Source: an uncultured virus (IMG/VR IMGVR_UViG_3300034082_001676)
Taxonomy: Duplodnaviria > Heunggongvirae > Uroviricota > Caudoviricetes
Direction: 5' to 3' (one strand)
Virus record (IMG/VR): IMGVR_UViG_3300034082_001676
Coordinates: 1 to 64,000 of that record
Length of the DNA: 64,000 nucleotides
Position 1 is the first letter of the stretch. Every line of letters starts with the position of its first letter. A model generated the notes under the pieces. That model was not told the DNA's origin and made no database searches. It saw only the letters and a program-made list of their open reading frames with translations. Shown here one piece after another: positions 17,980-25,476 of this stretch. The translations under genes were made by a program, and so were the position numbers.

Positions 17980-18876
17980 TTACACTACCGGAGTATACTC
18001 AATACCTGTAGTTGCTAGACCAACTAACCCAATAGTAGTTTCAAAAGCTGCCAACTCGCTGGCAGCAACTAAGACGTCAGCCTGACTCAACTTGTTGTTG
18101 GTCATCCATGCTGTGTAGTCTGTAACCTGTGTCAATGTAGCATCAGTGCCGTAGACATTTTTGTAAACGTGCTTGATAAATGTTTCATTGCTAACACCAC
18201 CTGCATCTGTTTTGTAAACATCTGTGGCTAACAATGCTGTGGCTAATTCCTTGTTGGTCCAACCTGAATCAGCAAGTCGAATGCCAACACCTGTATAGGC
18301 TTTGGTAACATCAGCTGTACCAAGTGCGGCAGCTAACAATGCGTAAACATCACCTGCACGACCTGCGGCATCATAGGCAACAGCCTTGTCCGTGAACACC
18401 ACACGCTCGTGGTTGGCAAGATTGAATTCCATGTTGCTGACCAATGTGCTGGCTAACTTTACATTGTCAGCAGTTTTAGTAACTGTGAACTCTGTGCTCT
18501 TGCCACCCATTGCATAAGTGTCAACTCCGGTAGTACCAGTAACGTCAACTGTGATATCCACTGTGCCATCACCTGCGCGACCTGTACCCACTACACCAAA
18601 GGTGGCAATCTTACCTGCGGTGCCAACTGTGGCCACTGTGACGATCAAGTTGTTAGCCACTGCGCCGCCTAATGCTGTACCAGCAAGGGTGATTGTGTCG
18701 CCGGCAAGGTAACCTGTACCTGCACTGGCTGCTAGACTGTCTAGAACAACAGAGTATACTCCGTCTGTTTTAGTAACATCAAACGCAGCACCGGTTCCGG
18801 TTCCGCCTGTTAGGCCTGTGACATTTTGATAAGTTGCGTTAATTGGTTTGTCTTTGATCGTGATTGTTGTTGTCAT
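17980..18876 (-). CDS. Thr/Gly-rich protein with C-terminal DUF4214-like (S-layer-associated) domain
   Basis: ERVVFTDKAVAYD...SNETFIKHVYKNVYG...LSQADVLVAASE...GLATTGIEY. Confidence 0.65.
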   Translation of the reverse strand: MTTTITIKDKPINATYQNVTGLTGGTGTGAAFDVTKTDGVYSVVLDSLAASAGTGYLAGDTITLAGTALGGAVANNLIVTVATVGTAGKIATFGVVGTGRAGDGTVDITVDVTGTTGVDTYAMGGKSTEFTVTKTADNVKLASTLVSNMEFNLANHERVVFTDKAVAYDAAGRAGDVYALLAAALGTADVTKAYTGVGIRLADSGWTNKELATALLATDVYKTDAGGVSNETFIKHVYKNVYGTDATLTQVTDYTAWMTNNKLSQADVLVAASELAAFETTIGLVGLATTGIEYTPVV

Positions 18877-19003
18877 AATTTTCCTTTTTAATAATATGAG
18901 TCATAAACTTAATTAGTGGTTTATACTACCATTATACGCAAAATATCAAACAAAACTTGTGCGTACACGCACAACTTCGATGTGATAATTGATTAACTTT
19001 ACC

Positions 19004-19029
19004 AAAAAACCCGCCGAAGCGGGTTTTTT
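19004..19029. terminator. Bidirectional intrinsic terminator
   Basis: AAAAAACCCGC-CGAA-GCGGGTTTTTT; 20-nt core identical to 21435-21454. Confidence 0.85.
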
Positions 19030-19042
19030 GATTGTATTTAAT

Positions 19043-20626
19043 TTACTCGACAATGAATAAATTGTTAAATCTATCTTCTGCTTCTTGATCTGTGATATCG
19101 TCGATAACCTCTGGCTCTTCTATATGTAGAGCTAGGAATCCTGCCATAGTTATTGTTTCTGCTTCAGCATCTAATGAGCTAATCCACTCTTTCATAAACT
19201 GTTTTGGTAGACAGAAGTAAAAACGTTTTCTTATTTGCTTTTGTTGCTTGTACCAGGGTTGAGCAGAAACATACTTTATATAACTAAACACAAATTCGTA
19301 CGGAAGGGAAATGCCCTCTTCGTTCTCAGTTGCGGTATTCCAATATACCTTAAATTTGTCTGTTAGGTTGTCAGCCATATTTTTTAAAGGAACAGTCCTA
19401 CAGCACCCCGGACTACTATTTCTAGTAATGTCATATTCACAATACCCAAAGTAATCAGTACTTCCGCTAGACGGATTAGATGTAAAGTAAAAACTAGGTT
19501 GCGGATTTGGATTTAGTTCGTATACAAAACTACATTTTTTTAATGCTATATTTCTAAAATAGAATCGTGTTACTTTACGTTGCTGAATTGGTTTATAATT
19601 TTTGTCATCTGCAAAAATTGATAAATCTTTGACTACTGTTTTAACTTCGTTTATATAATCTGCAATTTGTTCTAATTTAGACTGTACTTTAACAGGGTCT
19701 TTACTGCTAAGAATTTTCAAATGGAATTTTTTATTGTGCGTTAAATCTGTAGCCAATGACGCCGCAGTAACGGGATTACTAAAAATCCTAACCAATCTAT
19801 TCTTAAATTCTGTTTGAGATTCACCAGGCGAACTAATTAGAAAACTTTCTGCAGGAACTGACCCTAAGTAAGTTTTTTTAAAAATTTGCTGAAATGGGAT
19901 ATCTGGTGATAATAGTTGTAATACTTCATCCACTGGCTCTTCTACTCCATTATGTAGAGTATTGTAGTTAGTAGTGTCGCCACCAATCTGCATACTAAGT
20001 ACAATCAGTCCTTGTGCTACATTATCAAACTTGGATGGATCTACGTCGAACACTGCTACAATTTTAAAATACTTTTTTAAGAAGTTTTTAAATTGTAGAT
20101 AAAATTTAGAATCGTTAGTAACTAGACTTTTTGGAATAACATAATGGATCCCGCCAGTATAGTTATTGGTAATCATAATGTCTGCCGTTTTTATAATAAA
20201 GAAAACAGCTTCTTCTCTAATACCAGTAACTTCATACTTGTGTGCTAGTGCTTTTACATATTTTTTATGTGTAGTTAAACTGTATGCAGGGCTTCTAAAA
20301 GGAACATTGCCAATAAAAGATACACTCTTATTTTCAAAAACTAATTCTTTATCAATGTCATAAAAATTAGAATGGTACAGATCCAAATTAGGAAATCGGT
20401 CAACTCCCTTGTCGTACCATTCTTGATCAAGCTCAACTCCCACAATTTTTTTGTCAGGATACATTTCGATCATAGGTTCAATGAACCCGCAGCCCCCGAA
20501 ACTAGGTTCAATTACAATATCAGAGTCAACTTTTATATTACCCAGAATTTCTTTAACAAGATCCACGGGTGTAAAAAATTGTCCTAACTGATATTTTTTT
20601 GATTGTATATTTTTTTCTTCTAGCAT
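19043..20626 (-). CDS. Putative N6-adenine DNA methyltransferase (gamma-type)
   Basis: LGQFFTP, IEPSFGGCGF (motif I), GNVPF (motif IV variant of NPPY); AT-rich. Confidence 0.75.
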   Translation of the reverse strand: MLEEKNIQSKKYQLGQFFTPVDLVKEILGNIKVDSDIVIEPSFGGCGFIEPMIEMYPDKKIVGVELDQEWYDKGVDRFPNLDLYHSNFYDIDKELVFENKSVSFIGNVPFRSPAYSLTTHKKYVKALAHKYEVTGIREEAVFFIIKTADIMITNNYTGGIHYVIPKSLVTNDSKFYLQFKNFLKKYFKIVAVFDVDPSKFDNVAQGLIVLSMQIGGDTTNYNTLHNGVEEPVDEVLQLLSPDIPFQQIFKKTYLGSVPAESFLISSPGESQTEFKNRLVRIFSNPVTAASLATDLTHNKKFHLKILSSKDPVKVQSKLEQIADYINEVKTVVKDLSIFADDKNYKPIQQRKVTRFYFRNIALKKCSFVYELNPNPQPSFYFTSNPSSGSTDYFGYCEYDITRNSSPGCCRTVPLKNMADNLTDKFKVYWNTATENEEGISLPYEFVFSYIKYVSAQPWYKQQKQIRKRFYFCLPKQFMKEWISSLDAEAETITMAGFLALHIEEPEVIDDITDQEAEDRFNNLFIVE

Positions 20627-20633
20627 TTTATAT

Positions 20634-21347
20634 TTAGTACACCAAGTTTTCGTATTTAGATAAATCGTATTTAGATAAATCTGTAAGGAATGGAGTTTCC
20701 CATGTGATGTCTAATAAGAACAAATCATGGAATTTTTCCGGTCTACTAATTTGTCCTTCTGTAGTGTGTCCTCGGTGTTGTGATTGTAACGGTATCATAC
20801 CTTTAGTGAAATTATCAGCACCCGCGGTGGTTGAGATTAGGTGATAAGGAACCCAGTAATGCACAGCACCGTTGCCGAACACCGCAGAAAACAATCCGTA
20901 GTCAGCTTTGTCTGGATGTATCTGTTGAAAAGTGCCGCCACCGATATAATTATAACCTTTAGTAGCAAGCGGATTCTTTACAAGTTTCTTAGTACGTGCG
21001 CCTGCTTCTAGAGCATATCCTCTTTTTTCAATTGCTTTTGTAGAGTCACCTTTGGCTATTACAGTATATTTGATTTCCACACGGGCTCCCCGTAAATTTT
21101 GCAATTTAACAACAGCAGAGTCTAAAGTGGCATCATGGGTTTCGTCTTGCTTTTCTAATAGCCCAGATGATGCACGTATTTTATCTTCCCATATATCACC
21201 TTTACGTTTAGATGAAATGGGAGCTTGTACAGGATAATACATTGCGTCAGGTAATCCATAAAACTCAGTCCACCGTGTTCGGTCTTGTGTTGACTGCAAC
21301 AATCTGTATTCTTCAGTAGTTAAGTTTTTGATGTTATCGGAAATCAT
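20634..21347 (-). CDS. Putative PD-(D/E)XK restriction endonuclease
   Basis: KGDIWE...THDATL...VEIKY spacing; paired with methyltransferase; start moved downstream of promoter. Confidence 0.5.
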   Translation of the reverse strand: MISDNIKNLTTEEYRLLQSTQDRTRWTEFYGLPDAMYYPVQAPISSKRKGDIWEDKIRASSGLLEKQDETHDATLDSAVVKLQNLRGARVEIKYTVIAKGDSTKAIEKRGYALEAGARTKKLVKNPLATKGYNYIGGGTFQQIHPDKADYGLFSAVFGNGAVHYWVPYHLISTTAGADNFTKGMIPLQSQHRGHTTEGQISRPEKFHDLFLLDITWETPFLTDLSKYDLSKYENLVY

Positions 21348-21390
21348 TTTAGTCTTTCTAGATGTGGCCGCTTGTTTAGCGTATGTGTTT

Positions 21391-21419
21391 ATTATACCGT
21401 CAATAGTGCCAAATGTCAA
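21391..21419 (-). promoter_or_regulatory. Perfect-consensus sigma70 promoter
   Basis: TTGACA-N17-TATAAT. Confidence 0.85.
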
Positions 21420-21430
21420 GTACAAAACAA

Positions 21431-21454
21431 AAAGAAAACCCGCCGAAGCGGGTT
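21431..21454 (-). terminator. Intrinsic terminator of tmRNA
   Basis: AACCCGC-TTCG-GCGGGTT-TTCTTT. Confidence 0.85.
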
Positions 21455-21801
21455 CCGAGTTTCTGTTACGAGGTATGTCTTACCCTAAGCTGAGTTTAGG
21501 CAGCTAATGCGAACTTTGAGTCGTTTGCGGTTACTTTTTTGTGTCTTCGACCGGGAGACCCCAATCCTAACGGCTTCTACATTGCCGAGCTGTCCACTCT
21601 GTTACTCTTTGCCCAATCGATCCTGTGTCAGGCCCATCAGAAAAACACTTATGTCTTGTTAAACCTTTACCTGGTGCCCAACTAAATCTATTAAAACAAC
21701 TTGGGCACAATGCGGTGTACTTCATAAATATCCTTTTGGTGGACCTGGCGGGCACTGCCCCCGCGTCTTGAACTTATTTCTCATCGCTTCATACAGCAAT
21801 A
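21435..21801 (-). ncRNA. ssrA: Circularly permuted (two-piece) tmRNA
   Basis: Acceptor piece ending CAGGTCCACCA (CCA end at 21737) precedes coding piece starting GGGCCTG (21635); G3-U alanine pair; tag frame 21528-21496 encodes ANDSKFALAA*; TAAATA at 21807-21812; 5' end approximate. Confidence 0.92.
21567..21725 (-). CDS. Possible 52 aa CxxC...HxC peptide starting in the tmRNA intervening segment
   Basis: AAAGGA SD then ATG; MKYTALCPSCFNRFSWAPGKGLTRHKCFS...; 3' half overlaps the tmRNA coding piece. Confidence 0.35.
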   Translation of the reverse strand: MKYTALCPSCFNRFSWAPGKGLTRHKCFSDGPDTGSIGQRVTEWTARQCRSR

Positions 21802-21813
21802 ACTTATATTTAA

Positions 21814-22122
21814 CTACATTTTAACAGTTAAGTCAATGTCTTCTTGTTGCTTTTGGACTTCTTTCATAGGACGAATAGGTTCTAACCAGGAATCTGGAAT
21901 GTAGGCCTTTGGAGTATCTCCGTACATATTACTCAATCCAAATTCTGTGGCTATCCACCAAAAGTGATCTGTAATAGCAGCCTTGCAGGCAATTCCCTTA
22001 AACTGAAATTCCTCACCTTGCGTAAAATGTCCCACATACTCATCCACCAACACAGTTTTGCCTATGTTGGTAGGCCGTATGCTCATGATAATTTTGGCAA
22101 GATCGCCTTGTTCACATTTCAT
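21814..22122 (-). CDS. Hypothetical phage protein
   Basis: 102 aa ORF; GDLAKII...IPDSWLEPIRP. Confidence 0.75.
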   Translation of the reverse strand: MKCEQGDLAKIIMSIRPTNIGKTVLVDEYVGHFTQGEEFQFKGIACKAAITDHFWWIATEFGLSNMYGDTPKAYIPDSWLEPIRPMKEVQKQQEDIDLTVKM

Positions 22123-22363
22123 TTTGTTTCATCAATCTAGTGTGTAAGATCATATTCTCAGTGACCAGTTTAGTGATAGTGGCCAGCATGATTAATCTAT
22201 CCGCATCTGTAATTGTTTCTTTGTCAAACTGTTCTAGAATACTAGAGCCTATCATTCGCATGGTCTGCTCTTGGCCTTTGGAAAATACTCCCCAGTCAAA
22301 CGGGTCGCCTTCTTCGTGTGCAAAAGCAATATCCACAAGTTCATCAAGAGTTATTTTAGCCAT
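22112..22363 (-). CDS. Hypothetical protein
   Basis: 83 aa ORF with AGGAG SD. Confidence 0.7.
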   Translation of the reverse strand: MAKITLDELVDIAFAHEEGDPFDWGVFSKGQEQTMRMIGSSILEQFDKETITDADRLIMLATITKLVTENMILHTRLMKQNEM

Positions 22364-22770
22364 GCTATTTTTTCTCCTGTTTCTTTTCTTCGATCATATT
22401 CTTCTGGGGTACTGGGATATCTCCAGGCCCATACAGCTACGAGAGCCATAAAGATACCTGTATAGATAACACCACGCAATGGCACTGTCCCAATACTCAT
22501 TAAGATCAAACTCAACGACATCATGCCAATCATAAGATATTTCATCTTTTGTGGAAATACACGTTTCTCTGACCAATTGCGTAGGAAAGGTCCAAACAGC
22601 TTGTGATTCATAATCCAGTTATGCATACGTTCTGAACTTCTTGCAAAACAAAAAGCACTTGCAACCACAAAGGGACTATAAGGAATACCCGGAGTTATAA
22701 CTCCAATGTATGCCATTACTAGGCAAAGACAGCCTAGAACAAAAAAGAACGCTTTTTTTAATTTAATCAT
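22351..22770 (-). CDS. YbaN/DUF454 family inner-membrane protein
   Basis: IGVITPGIPYSPF..ASAFCFARSSERMHNWIMNHKLFGPFLRNW. Confidence 0.88.
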   Translation of the reverse strand: MIKLKKAFFFVLGCLCLVMAYIGVITPGIPYSPFVVASAFCFARSSERMHNWIMNHKLFGPFLRNWSEKRVFPQKMKYLMIGMMSLSLILMSIGTVPLRGVIYTGIFMALVAVWAWRYPSTPEEYDRRKETGEKIAWLK

Positions 22771-22775
22771 ATTAT

Positions 22776-23039
22776 TTAATTAGCAAAGACATTTGACGAC
22801 CCAGTCAATGGGTCGCCACAGGTGCAGGCATCTCCCTGACGGTTAACTGGTTTGTTCCCAGCAAACACATTCCCACTTGCAGCCTGTGTTTTAGGACCAC
22901 CATGTTCACCACTGCCATGACCTTCTACTGATGCAGCAGTTACGGATATAGGAGCATTATTGACTATTACCGAAGGAACCAGTGCTTCAATAACTAGCCC
23001 CCCACAGTTGTCTACATTGACTCTTGCTACGCCTGGCAT
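22776..23039 (-). CDS. PAAR-repeat spike-tip protein (gp5.4-like)
   Basis: MPGVARV...H...H...NVFAGNKPVNRQGDACTCG...GSSNVFAN. Confidence 0.85.
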   Translation of the reverse strand: MPGVARVNVDNCGGLVIEALVPSVIVNNAPISVTAASVEGHGSGEHGGPKTQAASGNVFAGNKPVNRQGDACTCGDPLTGSSNVFAN

Positions 23040-23043
23040 ACTA

Positions 23044-23334
23044 TTAGGCCAACGCAATGCCAGTAGTTGATTCAAGAAATTGTTTGGCAAACTGTGAATC
23101 TGTTGCTTCGGCTACAGTAACAGTTGATTTTTGTAGTTTAACTTCAGTATCCGGATTGACTGTAAACAGGTAAGGCATTAAACCTGGACCTTTTGGCCCC
23201 ATACCAATTACTTGCGGATTTTTTAGTTTATAATAAACTGCACCGTCTTCTACTAACTTGGCAACAATTTCTTCACCACTTGTGAGTTTAAGAGTGATTA
23301 CTTCGCCTGCTGATACGCCTTTATTAATTAACAT
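23044..23334 (-). CDS. Hypothetical phage protein (possible Sm-like fold)
   Basis: VITLKLTSGEEIVAKL motif. Confidence 0.7.
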   Translation of the reverse strand: MLINKGVSAGEVITLKLTSGEEIVAKLVEDGAVYYKLKNPQVIGMGPKGPGLMPYLFTVNPDTEVKLQKSTVTVAEATDSQFAKQFLESTTGIALA

Positions 23335-23335
23335 T

Positions 23336-23563
23336 TTATACCTTTTCTAAATGTGCTTTAAGTTCTGTAAATCCACCAATCAGTTCTTCGCCGATAAAAA
23401 TCTGCGGAACTGTTCGTGCTGTTGGAACAGCTTCCAATAGTTCTTCTCGAGTATATCCGTCTCCAATTTTCTTTTCTTCGAACGGAATACCTCGTTGTTT
23501 TAACAAGGCCTTGGCCTGGTCACAATAGGGGCAATGGTACTTTGACCATACTGTTGCTTTCAT
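23336..23563 (-). CDS. Glutaredoxin
   Basis: CPYC, RTVPQIFI, IGGF; next to nrdAB. Confidence 0.95.
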   Translation of the reverse strand: MKATVWSKYHCPYCDQAKALLKQRGIPFEEKKIGDGYTREELLEAVPTARTVPQIFIGEELIGGFTELKAHLEKV

Positions 23564-24012
23564 TTTATTTCCTTTGTGTCATATGTCTGTTGGAAGATGT
23601 CTTTTTTCACAGCACCATAGTCTCCTTCGCCGTGACGCACAATAACATCATTGCCTGCGGTATATTCCAAGTTGCCCCACGTGGCTTTAATAACGCCATC
23701 GTGATCAGCCAACTTAGCTATTTTGATTACACCACCCTTAGGGGTTCCTGTACCGTCATGATTGTCGTCGTATTTGTCATGAAAATTTTCAGGATCCAAA
23801 GGCCAAAATTCTTTCTTAGGACCCGGACCCATGATATAATGTCCTGCCTTATGCTCTACTGGACCTTCCAATGTTTGTGTAACTCCATCACTGTCGGCAA
23901 TGGTATACGGCACTGGAATTGGCTTCTTAAAAGTTTTAAATGCCCCATCTTTAAACCAGCTATCGTCAATTTTACCTTCAATGAGGTTAATGTATTCTCT
24001 TAGTGTTTTCAT
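23560..24012 (-). CDS. Hypothetical protein with internal duplication (PGDYG-like)
   Basis: Two related halves (QTLEGPVEHKAGHYIM / KATWGNLEYTAGNDVIV); N-terminus MKTLREYINLIE. Confidence 0.7.
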   Translation of the reverse strand: MKTLREYINLIEGKIDDSWFKDGAFKTFKKPIPVPYTIADSDGVTQTLEGPVEHKAGHYIMGPGPKKEFWPLDPENFHDKYDDNHDGTGTPKGGVIKIAKLADHDGVIKATWGNLEYTAGNDVIVRHGEGDYGAVKKDIFQQTYDTKEIK

Positions 24013-24014
24013 AA

Positions 24015-24182
24015 TTAACTTGAATATATAACTCTGCCTTTTTTATCAAGGACTCTAACCAGTATAGCACCTTTAGCTTTTTTGGCCAGGGCCATAGAAA
24101 TGGCCTGAGATTCGGTGCCAGCACCGCCTATAGAATTCCAAGATTCAAAAGGACTTTTACTTTTAAATTGTACCTTGTACAT
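24015..24182 (-). CDS. Small hypothetical protein, 55 aa
   Basis: Hand-translated MYKVQFKSKSPFESWNSIGGAGTESQAISMALAKKAKGAILVRVLDKKGRVIYSS; fills intergenic gap. Confidence 0.7.
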   Translation of the reverse strand: MYKVQFKSKSPFESWNSIGGAGTESQAISMALAKKAKGAILVRVLDKKGRVIYSS

Positions 24183-24190
24183 ATATATTC

Positions 24191-25291
24191 CTAGATGGCC
24201 GGTAGCTCATCGTAATCTAGGCTTTCTCCCATTATGCCAATGACATAATTTGTGCTTTCACTTTCTTGTAGTGCTGTTTGTTTCTTGCTAGTATCAGTGT
24301 GCTTGTTAAACCAAGGGATCGGAGTTGACTTAGGCGCTGTCGCCTGGTACTTGATACCAATTTGTTTTAGTGCATCTACTGCTGTGTAGTCCACAAAATC
24401 ACGTAGGATATTAGCGTTGAGTCCAATAACTGGTCCCATCTTAAACAGGTATGTGGCCCAATCTTTTTCTTCACGTATCACATCCATGTACAGTTGATAC
24501 ACTTCTGCTTCGCATTCTTGTTTGGCTTCAACAAACCGTGTGTCCTCTTTGACCACTTGGTTGATCAAATAGGCAGTCCATCCCTTGTGTAACAACTCGT
24601 CTTGTAGAATTAATTGAATAATATTACCATTGCCCATAAAGATTTTATTCTCTACCATTGCTAAACTAGTAGCAAAACTAACCATAAAACGGAATGCCTC
24701 AAGAGCATAACTTGCGTGTAAGGCCATCCATATTGCTCGGATGTGTTCTTTCTCTGTAACTGTCTCGCCTAGCTGTTTACGACAATTGATAACGTGAAGT
24801 GCTTCATAGTAGTTGCCCACACTTGATGCCATGTCTACAATTTCTTTAGTGTCATGTATGGTGTTAAACACATCTTTGGGTACATTGTAGATGTTGCGAA
24901 TGATGTGGCTATAACTCTTGCTATGTATGTTGGTTTCAAAAAATGTCCAGTTGTATACTAGTGCTTCTAGTTCTGGCAAAGATATTACAGGCATAAAGAT
25001 TTGACTTGGGCCACGTCCTTGTAAACTGTCTAAGGCTGTTTGGCGTAACAAGTTGCTGGTAAAGATATGCTTGACAGCATCGCTGGCGTCTTTGAAGTCG
25101 TTTGAATCTTTGGTAAGACTGATCTCTTCTGGTTGCCAAAAGAAGCCACGTGCTGTTGCTTCAAAGTCGGCAATTTTTTTGTATTTGACTTCTTCAAATC
25201 TCTGTATGGTCACAGGCCCAGCTGGATCCAAAAACATCTTGCGATTAAGGTAGTCTGTCTTTGTGTTTAGGTTGTATTGTTGTTTACTCAT
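24191..25291 (-). CDS. nrdB: Ribonucleotide reductase class Ia beta subunit
   Basis: FFWQPEEI, ETNIHSKSYSHI, EAFRFMVSFA, DELLH. Confidence 0.97.
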   Translation of the reverse strand: MSKQQYNLNTKTDYLNRKMFLDPAGPVTIQRFEEVKYKKIADFEATARGFFWQPEEISLTKDSNDFKDASDAVKHIFTSNLLRQTALDSLQGRGPSQIFMPVISLPELEALVYNWTFFETNIHSKSYSHIIRNIYNVPKDVFNTIHDTKEIVDMASSVGNYYEALHVINCRKQLGETVTEKEHIRAIWMALHASYALEAFRFMVSFATSLAMVENKIFMGNGNIIQLILQDELLHKGWTAYLINQVVKEDTRFVEAKQECEAEVYQLYMDVIREEKDWATYLFKMGPVIGLNANILRDFVDYTAVDALKQIGIKYQATAPKSTPIPWFNKHTDTSKKQTALQESESTNYVIGIMGESLDYDELPAI

Positions 25292-25476
25292 TTTAAGTAA
25301 TCCACGTGTGCTACAGCCCTCCAGAGATCTAGTCTTGGAGGTTCTCCATTATCGGGTTCTTTGTATACGATTCTTATCTCAACATTGTTGGGATGAAGTT
25401 CAGCCATTAAAGAATTTATTGTTTCCAACGCTGCTTTAATGTTTTCTATTTGTTGTCCAATATTTTGTGTTGTCAT
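25288..25476 (-). CDS. Small hypothetical protein between nrdA and nrdB
   Basis: 62 aa, ATGA overlaps on both sides. Confidence 0.6.
   Translation of the reverse strand: MTTQNIGQQIENIKAALETINSLMAELHPNNVEIRIVYKEPDNGEPPRLDLWRAVAHVDYLK

Noticed and set aside
21737..21770. Stand-alone tRNA gene
   Set aside because: Only T-arm, acceptor strand and CCA are present; the partner strand lies downstream with a tag frame, so it is a permuted tmRNA.
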